Positions 28,380 through 42,552 of a stretch of 64,000 nt of DNA are shown in pieces (within the stretch, counting starts at the first letter, position 1; each line of letters starts with the position of its first letter). Source of the DNA: Eledone cirrhosa (lineage: Eukaryota); contig OZ024760.1 in the NCBI GenBank assembly GCA_964016885.1, positions 16,616,001 to 16,680,000 of the forward strand. Reading direction: 5' to 3'. Under the pieces are notes generated by a model, which saw only the letters and a list, made by a program, of their open reading frames with translations, did no database searches and had not been told where the DNA came from. The translations under genes were made by a program, and so were the position numbers.

Positions 28380-31020
28380 TTCCCTTGCTTTTATCGAGAA
28401 TCTAATTGTAATACGTGACGTATTCTATTCTATAGCGATTAGGTCTTCAAAATGTTTATTATAAACATACAGAATATTTTCGAATATTCTATGTCTATAT
28501 TCACATATATATCGCTATTTCAGAGCATTTATTCCAATTTCTAATTTCTGCCGGACCGGCAACCGCTCTTTCAAACCAGTTCCTGTACACAGCTAAGTAT
28601 TCTATAAGTCTCTAGCTGTGTCATTCTCGATAAAAGCACTGGATATGTAGTCCTGACGATTTCTAACAAGAATGAAACGCGTAGACTTACTTCCCTTGCT
28701 TTTATCGAGAATCTAATTGTAATACGTGACGTATTCTATTCTATAGCGATTAGGTCTTCAAAATGTTTATTATAAACATACAGAATATTTTCGAATATTC
28801 TATGTCTATATTCACATATATATCGCTATTTCAGAGCATTTATTCCAATTTCTAATTTCTGCCGGACCGGCAACCGCTCTTTCAAACCAGTTCCTGTACA
28901 CAGCTAAGTATTCTATAAGTCTCTAGCTGTGTCATTCTCGATAAAAGCACTGGATATGTAGTCCTGACGATTTCTAACGAGAATGAAACGCGTAGACTTA
29001 CTTCCCTTGCTTTTATCGAGAATCTAATTGTAATACGTGACGTATTCTATTCTATAGCGATTAGGTCTTCAAAATGTTTATTATAAACATACAGAATATT
29101 TTCGAATATTCTATGTCTATATTCACATATATATCGCTATTTCAGAGCATTTATTCCAATTTCTAATTTCTGCCGGACCGGCAACCGCTCTTTCAAACCA
29201 GTTCCTGTACACAGCTAAGTATTCTATAAGTCTCTAGCTGTGTCATTCTCGATAAAAGCACTGGATATGTAGTCCTGACGATTTCTAACGAGAATGAAAC
29301 GCGTAGACTTACTTCCCTTGCTTTTATCGAGAATCTAATTGTAATACGTGACGTATTCTATTCTATAGCGATTAGGTCTTCAAAATGTTTATTATAAACA
29401 TACAGAATATTTTCGAATATTCTATGTCTATATTCACATATATATCGCTATTTCAGAGCATTTATTCCAATTTCTAATTTCTGCCGGACCGGCAACCGCT
29501 CTTTCAAACCAGTTCCTGTACACAGCTAAGTATTCTATAAGTCTCTAGCTGTGTCATTCTCGATAAAAGCACTGGATATGTAGTCCTGACGATTTCTAAC
29601 GAGAATGAAACGCGTAGACTTACTTCCCTTGCTTTTATCGAGAATCTAATTGTAATACGTGACGTATTCTATTCTATAGCGATTAGGTCTTCAAAATGTT
29701 TATTATAAACATACAGAATATTTTCGAATATTCTATGTCTATATTCACATATATATCGCTATTTCAGAGCATTTATTCCAATTTCTAATTTCTGCCGGAC
29801 CGGCAACCGCTCTTTCAAACCAGTTCCTGTACACAGCTAAGTATTCTATAAGTCTCTAGCTGTGTCATTCTCGATAAAAGCACTGGATATGTAGTCCTGA
29901 CGATTTCTAACGAGAATGAAACGCGTAGACTTACTTCCCTTGCTTTTATCGAGAATCTAATTGTAATACGTGACGTATTCTATTCTATAGCGATTAGGTC
30001 TTCAAAATGTTTATTATAAACATACAGAATATTTTCGAATATTCTATGTCTATATTCACATATATATCGCTATTTCAGAGCATTTATTCCAATTTCTAAT
30101 TTCTGCCGGACCGGCAACCGCTCTTTCAAACCAGTTCCTGTACACAGCTAAGTATTCTATAAGTCTCTAGCTGTGTCATTCTCGATAAAAGCACTGGATA
30201 TGTAGTCCTGACGATTTCTAACGAGAATGAAACGCGTAGACTTACTTCCCTTGCTTTTATCGAGAATCTAATTGTAATACGTGACGTATTCTATTCTATA
30301 GCGATTAGGTCTTCAAAATGTTTATTATAAACATACAGAATATTTTCGAATATTCTATGTCTATATTCACATATATATCGCTATTTCAGAGCATTTATTC
30401 CAATTTCTAATTTCTGCCGGACCGGCAACCGCTCTTTCAAACCAGTTCCTGTACACAGCTAAGTATTCTATAAGTCTCTAGCTGTGTCATTCTCGATAAA
30501 AGCACTGGATATGTAGTCCTGACGATTTCTAACGAGAATGAAACGCGTAGACTTACTTCCCTTGCTTTTATCGAGAATCTAATTGTAATACGTGACGTAT
30601 TCTATTCTATAGCGATTAGGTCTTCAAAATGTTTATTATAAACATACAGAATATTTTCGAATATTCTATGTCTATATTCACATATATATCGCTATTTCAG
30701 AGCATTTATTCCAATTTCTAATTTCTGCCGGACCGGCAACCGCTCTTTCAAACCAGTTCCTGTACACAGCTAAGTATTCTATAAGTCTCTAGCTGTGTCA
30801 TTCTCGATAAAAGCACTGGATATGTAGTCCTGACGATTTCTAACGAGAATGAAACGCGTAGACTTACTTCCCTTGCTTTTATCGAGAATCTAATTGTAAT
30901 ACGTGACGTATTCTATTCTATAGCGATTAGGTCTTCAAAATGTTTATTATAAACATACAGAATATTTTCGAATATTCTATGTCTATATTCACATATATAT
31001 CGCTATTTCAGAGCATTTAT

Positions 31021-31085
<65 letters not shown>

Positions 31086-31295
31086 GGAGGTGAGTTTTAT
31101 TGTAGTACAATAAAGCAATGCAGATATCAGATAAGAAGCACTCTACAGTTTGTAGGACTGGAGTATACATAATATAATATATAAGATCAAAAGATGGTTA
31201 AAGGAGTTCCATGTATTTTATTATACGCATTTCAATATGTTGATTTAAAACTGCACTATCCACAAGTGTTTTTTAGCCTTCATATCATGTCCTCC

Positions 31296-31366
31296 TGTTT
31301 TATCTGATGAAAACACAAATAGTATTGCATGATGATGTTTGTTTTTGAAATGCGCATAATAAAATA
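31296..31366 (+). ncRNA. Type I hammerhead ribozyme (A-like), in a fold-back island ~31170-31410
   Basis: TGTTTTAT-CTGATGA-AAACACAAAT..GTTTGTTTTT-GAAA-TGCGCA-TA^-ATAAAATA; ~31170-31235 is an inverted copy of ~31345-31410. Confidence 0.78.
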
Positions 31367-31398
31367 CATGGAACTCCTTTAACCATCTTTTGATCTTA

Positions 31399-31436
<38 letters not shown>

Positions 31437-31978
31437 TCACACACACACACATACCCACATATACACATACACACATACACAATCTACTCACACGCAATCC
31501 ACACACACACACACACACAGATATTGTATTCCGTATTTATTTCAACGCGTTAAATAATCGATTGTAACAAGTGCATGAACATATTTTTGAAATGCATGAT
31601 AATAGGGGCAACTAGCCAAGTGCACATGTCATCATTCACCTCAGTTAAACAGTAAGCCTATCAGAAAGGCCACACCAAATGCCTCTTAGGATGTAAAAAT
31701 ACAAAATAAACAGATTTAAACAGCTAACCTGAGCACAGACGAATAAGAGGTGTCAAAGTCTTTAGAGATAATACGACCACATTATTGAGATAAGAGAGAG
31801 GTGAGATGAGTTCATTTTATGATTTTACTATCAGAAATGTAATACTATTTAACTACATACACACAGACACAAACAGAAACACAAACACATGCACATATAC
31901 ACGTAGATTTGTATCTGTGTAGATATAATTCTATATTCTATTTGTATCTGTGTAGATATATGTAGATATATGTATATG

Positions 31979-32010
<32 letters not shown>

Positions 32011-32124
32011 TATATGTAAATATATATATATATATATGTATATATATATGTATGTATATGTATATATATATATGTATATATATATATATGTATGTATATG
32101 TATATATATATATATATGTGTATG

Positions 32125-32155
<31 letters not shown>

Positions 32156-32318
32156 GTATATATATATGTATGTATATGTATATATATATATGTATATGTA
32201 TATATGTATGTATATGTATATATATATATGTATATGTATATATGTATGTATATGTATATATATATATGTATATGTATATATGTATGTATATGTATATATA
32301 TATATATATATGTGTATG

Positions 32319-32397
<79 letters not shown>

Positions 32398-32514
32398 ATG
32401 TATATATATATGTATATATATATATATGTTAAATCAGGTGATGATAAATAGCTTGAGAGTCGGCCAAAAATGATACTGGAAGTGGCATTGATTGTGGTTT
32501 CCATTTCTAGTCGA

Positions 32515-32550
<36 letters not shown>

Positions 32551-32557
32551 CACACAT

Positions 32558-32616
<59 letters not shown>

Positions 32617-32798
32617 TGTAATAGACAACGTAAGATAGTTAATTCATTTACCAGTGGTTTCTTGAAGACAGATATTTTCAGATATCTTCAAGAAACCACT
32701 GGTAAATGAATTAATTATCTTATGTTATTTATTACATAACTAAAAACTATGTAGTCTACATAGGACACTCTCTTTTCCTTTACCTTTCCTACGGAAAC

Positions 32799-32839
<41 letters not shown>

Positions 32840-32841
32840 CG

Positions 32842-32936
<95 letters not shown>

Positions 32937-33068
32937 AAAGCTAAACAGAAATAACACAATCAGTACAGTATATGGAAGGTATATATTAGGTTAATGCTTG
33001 ATATAGAAGGAAGAGTGTCTTAACGTTTCGGACGCTAGTCCTTCATCACAAGAAAGAATGAGAAATAA

Positions 33069-33125
<57 letters not shown>

Positions 33126-33487
33126 ACTCTCCCCCTTTTCTCCGTTTCTCTCCCTCTTTCTCTCCGAACCCTCTGTCCCGTCTCTCTCTTTGACCCCACT
33201 TTGCCACCCGGCGCCCAACCGCCCAACCATGTAATAATTCCTACGTCGTCATTAGTTCGTTAAAGCTGTGTTACAATACAGACGAGGAGATTCCCTGGCA
33301 GACGACCGCTGCTGCTAAATCTGCTGGAAAATGGTAAATGGTAAATTGTGATTAGAATATGCTTCATTAGAGGTGGAAATTTGGAGGGTGGCTGGCAGGG
33401 TTGGAGTGGCGCGGAGGATTGGTTAATGTGCATAATGACTCCAAGTCCCAGTACACAGAGTTCTATATATATATGTATATATATATG

Positions 33488-33547
<60 letters not shown>

Positions 33548-33576
33548 TACCTACCTACCAACCTGCACATACATAC

Positions 33577-33618
<42 letters not shown>

Positions 33619-33800
33619 GTCCCCCAAAAATGTATGCATAATTCAAAGGCCTTCTAATAAATATTGCCTGTACAGGTAATCAAAGTGTGTATACATTTTT
33701 GAGACACCCTATATGTATATATATTTCTTACATATATATATATTTATATATATATATATATATATAAATATATATATATATTTAAACATATATATATATA

Positions 33801-33884
<84 letters not shown>

Positions 33885-34006
33885 TATACATATATATGTG
33901 TGTGTGTGTCTGTGTGTATAAATATCTACATATATATATATATAGGAACCAGTAAGACCCCTTTAGTGCGTTATGGTCCACCTGGTTCCTTACCACATTT
34001 CCTTCG

Positions 34007-34053
<47 letters not shown>

Positions 34054-34193
34054 ATGGAAGACAATAAATAAATAGATAAACAAAAACAAGCGAAGGGAAA
34101 TGAGCAATGAGTAATTAATGTAATTAGTTATGGCTAATTGCCAAAGACTGGTCTAAGGTCTGGTGGGAAGAGAATAACACCATAATGATAATT

Positions 34194-34800
34194 ATTGTTT
34201 CTATATTTGGCACAAGGCCAGTAATTACCCCAGTGTATTACAGGTACTTTATTTTATCGACCCCGTAAGGATGAAAGGCAAAGCTAATCTTGCCGGTATT
34301 TCAACTCGGAATTATAAAACAAATTAACTCTTTCTGAGAAATGGTATGAGCAAAAGCCAAAGTCGGCGAAAGAAAACGATCGGGTGAATGTGCTGTGGGA
34401 TTTGTAGCACGCCTGAAGGAAAAGGAACAGCAAGAACCCTCCGAAACGTCCTGAATAGTAGCGACTTTATGTTCATTAGCGCACATTTTCCGGTTAAATA
34501 ACATCAATGACTAGTATATCAAAGTAATAATAATCGTTTCTACTTTTGGCACAAGGCCAGCAATTACCCCAGTGCATTACTGGTACTTTATTTTATCGAT
34601 CCCCGTAAAGATGAAAGGCAAAGTTAACCTTGGCGGGATTTGAACTCAGACTTTAAAGGGCCGTAACTCCTTGCTGTAAAGCATGGCGTCAGACCCTCTG
34701 CCGATACTGGTTTTTTTATTGGCCACAAAGTTAACCTTGGCGGGATTTGAACGAGGTTTAACTTTCATCCCTACGAGGTCGATAAGATAAAGTACCGGTA
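34194..34800 (-). mobile_element. Cluster of SINE copies (34194-34332, 34535-34709, fragments 34725-34800)
   Basis: Repeated ttggcacaaggccag...ggtactttattttatcga...gatgaaaggcaaag. Confidence 0.85.
34333..34515 (+). pseudogene. R4/Dong-clade LINE C-terminal remnant
   Basis: SEKWYEQKPKSAKENDRVNVLWD matches KWYEHxPxxVxENxxxKILWD; later AHIFR resembles the terminal AHILR; followed by taataataa. Confidence 0.65.
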
Positions 34801-34986
34801 ACCATGTTATAGTCATTTGCGTTGGGGCAACTTCATTTTCAAATTTGACTTTTTCCTAATATTTCCTAGGTCGTTCGGATGTTTACATTAATGTTGCTTT
34901 GGTTGTTGTTGTTGTTGTTGTTGGTGGAGTTATTTTCATTATAAAGAAATTGTAATGTTACGTACATGTTATACGTATATAGTTCA

Positions 34987-35027
<41 letters not shown>

Positions 35028-35159
35028 CAGACACACACACACGTCTATTAATATACATCTATTGACGGGTGTACTGATGTGTAAGTAGAACTCACAAAAA
35101 ATATTCAAATTACTCTAGATCCAGCCATATTAACACAACTTGCTTCATATTTCTATAGT

Positions 35160-35248
<89 letters not shown>

Positions 35249-35489
35249 CATATATATATAAAGAACAAAGGAACATACGCATATGTGTGTACATACACAC
35301 ACATATACATACATATATATATATGTTATATGTCCTGTTGACTACATTAGCTGAGTGTGTTGTGTATTTTTATTTTACGTATGTTTGGATTTGTATACTT
35401 CTAAACACATATATATATATATATTACCTATACTTACATATGTATGTCATGTGAATATATATACATATATCTATACATATATATATGTA

Positions 35490-35552
<63 letters not shown>

Positions 35553-36110
35553 TTCACTTGACTGCAGTTATATTCCGTTTGTCTTCTAATGGATTCTATA
35601 TTTGACTGGGAAAGAATTATTAATTTTTTTTCTACAGTTGAATTATCTCCCCCTCTGCTCTTCTGTGTTTCTTTTACCTTCCTCGTGAAATTTATCGTCA
35701 ATCGAATGGATTCATAGAGAAATTAGCAGAGGCTTTTTTTTTGTTGTTGTTGTTGCTTTTGGTATTGTTTTGTTGTTGATGTCGTTGTTGTTGTTGGTGT
35801 TGGTGGTGTTGTCGTTGTTGGTGGTGGTATTGGTGTTGGTGGTGGTGTTATTGTTGGTGTTGTTGTTGGTGTTGTTGTTATAAAATAAAATAATATAAAT
35901 CGATGAAATAATGAACGGTGACAGCCGTGAAGTATTGCAAGGAGGAGTGATGGGGTGGTGGTGGTGGTGGTGGTGGAGGGAATGAGGGGAAGGATGGGGG
36001 GATTGGCAGAGGTGGTGGAGAGGGAAGTTATGTAGAAGTCTTTTATGAGTTCTGTTTGTGTTCAGTGGAAATATTGTCCAAGAAGTATGTAATGAGATGA
36101 AATATATAAT

Positions 36111-37950
36111 AGTGTAGTTTAGTGTAGTGTAGTGTAGTGTAGTGTAGTGTAGTGTAGTGTGGTGTAGTGTAGTGTAGTGTAGTGTAATGTAGTGTGGTGT
36201 AGTGTAGTGTAGTGTAGTTTAGTGTAGTGTAGTTTAGTGTAGTGTAGTGTAGTGTAGTTTAGTGCAGTGTAGTGTAGTGTAGTGTAGTGTAGTGTAGTGT
36301 AGTGTAGTGTAGTGTAGTGTAGTGTGGTGTAGTGTAGTGTAGTGTAGTTTAGTGTAGTGTAATGTAGTGTAATGTGGTGTAGTGTAGTGTAGTGTAGTGT
36401 AGTGTGGTGTAGTGTAGTGTGGTGTGGTGTAGTGTAGTGTAGTGTAGTGTAGTGTAGTGTAGTGTAATGTGGTGTAGTGTAGTGTGGTGTGGTGTAGTGT
36501 AGTGTGGTGTAATGTAGTGTAGTGTAGTGTAGTGTAGTGTAGTGTAGTGTAGTGTAGTGTAGTGTAGTGTAGTGTAGTGTAGTGTAATGTAGTGTAATGT
36601 GGTGTAGTGTGGTGTAGTGTAGTGTAGTGTAATGTGGTGTAGTGTAGTGTAGTGTAGTGTAGTGTAGTGTAATGTGGTGTAGTGTAGTGTGGTGTGGTGT
36701 AGTGTAGTTTAGTGTAGTGTAGTGTAGTGTAGTGTAGTGTAATGTGGTGTAGTGTAGTGTAGTGTAGTGTAGTGTAGTGTAGTGTAGTGTGGTGTAGTGT
36801 AGTGTAATGTGGTGTAGTGTAGTGTAGTGTAGTGTAATGTGGTGTAGTGTAGTGTGGTGTGGTGTAGTGTGGTGTAGTGTAGTGTGGTGTAGTGTAGTGT
36901 AATGTGGTGTAGTGTAGTGTAGTGTAGTGTAGTGTAATGTGGTGTAGTGTAGTGTAGTGTAGTGTAGTGTAGTGTAATGTGGTGTAGTGTAGTGTGGTGT
37001 GGTGTAGTGTAGTTTAGTGTAGTGTAGTGTAGTGTAGTGTAGTGTAGTGTAGTGTAGTGTAGTGTAATGTGGTGTAGTGTAGTGTAGTGTAGTGTAGTGT
37101 AGTGTAATGTGGTGTAGTGTAGTGTGGTGTGGTGTAGTGTAGTTTAGTGTAGTGTAGTGTAGTGTAGTGTAGTGTAGTGTAGTGTAATGTGGTGTAGTGT
37201 AGTGTGGTGTGGTGTAGTGTAGTGTGGTGTAATGTGGTGTAGTGTGGTGTAGTGTAGTGTAATGTGGTGTAGTGTGGTGTAGTGTAGTGTAATGTGGTGT
37301 AGTTTAGTGTGGTGTGGTGTAGTGTAGTGTGGTGTAATGTGGTGTAGTGTAGTGTGGTGTGGTGTAGTGTAGTGTGGTGTAATGTGGTGTAGTGTAGTGT
37401 AGTGTAGTGTAATGTGGTGTAGTGTGGTGTAGTGTAGTGTAATGTGGTGTAGTTTAGTGTGGTGTGGTGTAGTGTAGTGTGGTGTAATGTGGTGTAGTGT
37501 AGTGTGGTGTGGTGTAGTGTGGTGTAGTGTAGTGTGGTGTAGTGTAGTGTAATGTGGTGTAGTGTGGTGTAGTGTAGTGTAGTGTAATGTGGTGTAGTGT
37601 AGTGTAGTGTAATGTGGTGTAGTGTAGTGTAATGTGGTGTAGTGTGATGTAGTGTAGTGTAGTGTAGTGTAGTGTAGTGTAGTGTAGTGTAGTGTAATGT
37701 GGTGTAGTGTAGTGTAGTATGGTGTAGTGTAGTGTAGTGTAATGTGGTGTAGTGTGGTGTAGTGTAGTGTAGTGTAGTGTAATGTGGTGTAGTGTAGTGT
37801 AGTGTAATGTGGTGTAGTGTAGTGTAATGTGGTGTAGTGTGATGTAGTGTAGTGTAGTGTAGTGTAGTGTAGTGTAGTGTAGTGTGGTGTAGTGTAGTGT
37901 AGTGCAGTGCAGTATAGTATATAGCTATGAAGTGTGTTGTAGTGTAGTGT
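36111..37950. repeat. (GTGTA)n pentanucleotide satellite
   Basis: Direct reading. Confidence 0.95.
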
Positions 37951-38591
37951 AGAACAACACAACGACCACAATATCAACTATAACAATAACAACAACAACA
38001 ACAACAACATATTGTCTGAAAAATTATTTTTTCTTGTTTAAATTCAAATTTATTTGTTTATTTATTTAAAATGTAATGGATTTTCGTTATTGCTGTGATT
38101 TTTTCTCATTGATTTTCATTAATCGAAACATTTTAACCCTTCCCCCTCCAACCCACCGCCACCACCACAACCACTATCACCTGTATCTTCATCATCATCC
38201 CCACCACCAACACTAACCCACCACCAAGTCTACCACTGCCACCACCATCACCACTACCACCAGCATCACCATTACCACCACCATCACCACTCCCACCACC
38301 ATCACCACTCCCACCACCATCACCACTACCACCACCATCACCACTCCCACCACCATCACCACTACCACCACCATCACCACTACCACCACCATCACCATCA
38401 TCACCACTACCACCACCATCACCACTACCACCACCATCACCACTACCACCACCATCACCACTACCACCACCATCACCACTACCACCACCATCACCACTAC
38501 CACCACCATCACCATCATCACCACTACCACCACCATCACCACTACCACCACCATCACCACTACCACCACCATCACACTTACATACAAATCC

Positions 38592-38690
38592 ATCGAGGTT
38601 AACTTTGCCTTTCATCCTTATGGGGTCGATAAAATAAAGTACCAGTAATACACTGGAATATTTGCTGGCCTAGTGCCAAAAGTATAAACT
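38592..38690 (+). mobile_element. SINE 3' fragment
   Basis: gaggttaactttgcctttcatccttatggggtcgataaaataaagtaccag. Confidence 0.8.
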
Positions 38691-39265
38691 ATATTTACAT
38701 ACATACATATACATGAGTACATACATACATACATACATACATACATACATACATACATACATACATACATACATACATACATACATACATACGCAGACAT
38801 ACATACACACATACATACAGACACACAGACATACATACATACACAAATCCATACACACACATACACACACCCACACACAAAATACACACATACACACACA
38901 CAGACATACATACACACACAAATACATACATAATTACATGCATACATACATACACAAATCCATACACACACATACACATACACACACCCACACACAAAAT
39001 ACACACATACACACATATACATACACACACACAGACATACATACACACACAAATACATACATAATTACATGCATACATACATACACAAATCCATACACAC
39101 ACATACACACACCCACACACAAAATACACACATACACACATATACATACACACACATGCACATAGAGAAATAGATACATTACATACATTACATACAAACT
39201 TTGTCTACAATTTCTACAAGAATTTACAATCCTCTAAACACCGGAAGCTAGAAATTGACGTAAGC

Positions 39266-39308
39266 GATCCCTGATGAGTTTCCAATAAAACATGAAACCA
39301 GTTGGATC
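39266..39308 (+). ncRNA. Type I hammerhead-like motif
   Basis: GATCC-CTGATGA-GTTT(CCAATA)AAAC.AT-GAAAC(CA)GTT^-GGATC; perfect 5-bp stem I, minimal stem III. Confidence 0.65.
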
Positions 39309-39590
39309 TGGTTTACCTAATAACTACGGAAGCTCGTTTGGTTTATATTCGCGTCATTTATTTTCACAGCGAGACTAAATATATGTTTATCAAACCTATT
39401 GCAAATGTCTTCCATATTTATACATATTTATATATATTTATATATATATTTATATATCCACGCTACGCAAACACACACACACACACTCATATAGATTCAC
39501 ATACACACGCACACACATTCACACACATATACACAGATACGCATTCACACACAAAGACACACACTCACACCCACGAAGTGTGAGATGTGG

Positions 39591-39628
<38 letters not shown>

Positions 39629-39661
39629 TCATATATACACACACACACACATATATCTATA

Positions 39662-39703
<42 letters not shown>

Positions 39704-39733
39704 TATGTACATACACATCTCTCTCTCTATATA

Positions 39734-39801
<68 letters not shown>

Positions 39802-39831
39802 ATATATTTATATATTTATGTGTGTGTGTAT

Positions 39832-39872
<41 letters not shown>

Positions 39873-39987
39873 ATATATGTGTGTGTGTATATATATATGT
39901 GTGTGTGTGTATATATATATATATATGTGTGTGTGTGTATATATATATATATATGTGTGTGTGTATATATATATATATGTGTGTGTG

Positions 39988-40020
<33 letters not shown>

Positions 40021-40551
40021 ATATCAGACAATATGTCTGTATATACAGCTGTAGTCCATTGCTACCACTTCACTATCCAACGTTAAACACCAGTGAAAAT
40101 AACCGAGGCTTTGAGCAGGAAGAAACTTCACTGCCAAACTTAAGTACAGTAGAGAGGGAACAGCTAACGAGTTACTGATAGATGGTGGTGGTGGTTGTGA
40201 TGGTGGTGGTGGTGGTGGTGGTGGTAGTGGTGTGCTGGTGATGGTAGTGATGGTGGTGGTGGTGGTGGTGGTGGTGGTTGTGGTGGTGGTGGTGGTGGTG
40301 GTGGTGGTGGTGGTGGTGGTGGTGGTGGTGATGGTAGTGATGGTGGTAGTGGTAGTGGTGGTGGTGGTGGTGGTAGTGGTAGTGGTGGTGGTGGTGGTGG
40401 TGGTGGTAGTGGTGGTGGTGGTAGTGCTGTTGTTGTTTTTGTTGTTATTGTGGTTGTTCAAGTTGTGGTTGCTCTTCTTAACTACTTCTTGCTTCTCACC
40501 CACCTCCCCCCCTCCTCCTTCTTTTTCTTCTATTCCTTCCTTCTTCTTCTT

Positions 40552-40583
<32 letters not shown>

Positions 40584-40974
40584 GTAATCCAACCATCCAC
40601 CAGGTAACTCACCTTTATTCGCCATCTTTCCTCTTACCCTCCATTTTACATTATTTAGCATTACCTCCCTTTCCACATTATAATATTTCTACGTTTCCCA
40701 AAGGAAGGCCCCCTCTTGTTGTGTGGTTAATGTCTAACACCAACTAAAAAGACATCAAGTCTTTCTCGAGTCTTTGACAGTGCCACTAGGGAGATTTACC
40801 ATTATCTGTCAGTCGTTCTCTATTGACATATCCCAGAGTACATTCAGATTGTTATATGTCATTCTATGAAACATGTTCATGGTGGAAGTTTTTACCAAGT
40901 CTTATCTCTTGGTATTCCGCAACGTTGCCTTATTTCCCTGTGGAGGAAACACACTACCCAACTCTGTCTAATTA

Positions 40975-41463
40975 TGTATATATGTGTATGTATGTATGTA
41001 TGTATGTATGTATGTATGTATGTATGTATGTATGTATGTATGTATGTATGTATGTATGTATGTGTGTATGTATGTATGTACGTATGTGTGTATGTACGTA
41101 TGTATGTACGTATGTGTGTATGTACGTATGTATGTACGTATGTATGTATGTATGTATGTATGTATGTATGTATGTATGTATGTACGTATGTATGTATGTA
41201 TGTACGTATGTACGTATGTGTGTATGTATGTATGTATGTATGTATGTACGTATGTATGTATGTATGTATGTATGTATGTATGTACGTATGTACGTATGTA
41301 TGTATGTATGTATGTATGTATGTATGTATGTACGTATGTATGTATGTATGTATGTATGTATGTATGTATGTATGTACGTATGTATGTATGTATGTATGTA
41401 TGTATGTACGTATGTATGTATGTATGTATGTATGTATGTATGTATGTACGTATGTATGTATGT
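40975..41463. repeat. (TATG)n tetranucleotide tract
   Basis: Direct reading. Confidence 0.95.
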
Positions 41464-41609
41464 GCGGAAGAACTTATAAGACTCAACGGCCATCCAAAGG
41501 TGTGTAAATATGTATATACACATGTACATATGTGTGTATATGTGTATATATGTGTATATGTGTATATGTGTACATATGTGTGTATATGCATGGGTGCATA
41601 TGTATGTAT

Positions 41610-41868
41610 ATGCGCGGGGACATAGAAATAGTCGGGCTGGATACTGTGCACTGAGCCAATCCCACTCTCTGAGAGACAGTAGCTATAACCCGAAAAGAAG
41701 AAAAGATCAACATCATCGGTAACTACTGAGCCGCAGGTTTTATATCGGAGTTATCCCAGTTGCCTTCTCCTAGAAGAATGCCCTGACAAAGGCTAGGGGC
41801 CCGCCACTCCCAGTGATTTAACCGTGCGATCGGGAATCTAGCCTGATTATTTCTATATTCCCGTGCAT
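41610..41868. mobile_element. Element with ~32-bp imperfect inverted termini
   Basis: atgcgcggggacatagaaatagtcgggctgga versus tctagcctgattatttctatattcccgtgcat; the differences are transitions. Confidence 0.55.
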
Positions 41869-42316
41869 ATATATACATAAGTATACTTGCATATTCATAT
41901 ACATATATATACATGCATATAGGTATATACATATTTACACATTTATACATACATGGTGGCTGCCAACTCGTTTTCGAGTACGGCCACTACTTTATATCCA
42001 TGTAGGAGAACCCCTACCGATGCGCTGAACGAGTGTGACTTTTTAGTCCAGCCAGCGACTTGAAAACTCTGGTACAAACACTACACTTATGACAATTACT
42101 GACACATAGTGCTGGGCCCATGGTACAATGTGACGACAAGTGCAGAGAGATCTCCAGATATAAAGCAATGCCTGTGCCGTGAAGCTTTTATAGTGAGCAA
42201 AGGCACTGCACAAAGCCAGTCCCACTCTCTTAACCAAGATGATATTTACCAAAAATAAGAACAAGTCAACATCATTGGATACCATCAGGGTTGCAGGTAT
42301 CCATACATACATACAT

Positions 42317-42349
<33 letters not shown>

Positions 42350-42407
42350 TACATACATACACACACACACACACATACACACACACACACATACATACAT
42401 ACATACA

Positions 42408-42442
<35 letters not shown>

Positions 42443-42488
42443 CTTTCCCCTTCCCCCAAATTACTAGCCCTGTGCCGAAATAAGAAAC

Positions 42489-42552
<64 letters not shown>

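Larger units (their letters stand above)
26683..31026. mobile_element. 311-bp tandem array of hammerhead-containing units (non-LTR retrozyme-like), with internal inversion
   Basis: Motif gaatatagacatag recurs at 26683, 26994, 27305, 27616, 27927 (period 311). Orientation flips at ~28121 (gagaatgaca|tagcgattagg), followed by ~9.3 reverse-complement units to ~31026. (TA)n on both flanks. Each unit holds a complete HHR motif. Confidence 0.9.

Noticed and set aside
34425-34455. CTGAAGG...CCGAAACGTC hammerhead-like string
   Set aside because: No stem I pairing, and it lies within an R4/Dong coding remnant.
42050-42300. Possible decayed R4/Dong C-terminus
   Set aside because: Only faint motif echoes with many stops; cannot be supported by eye.
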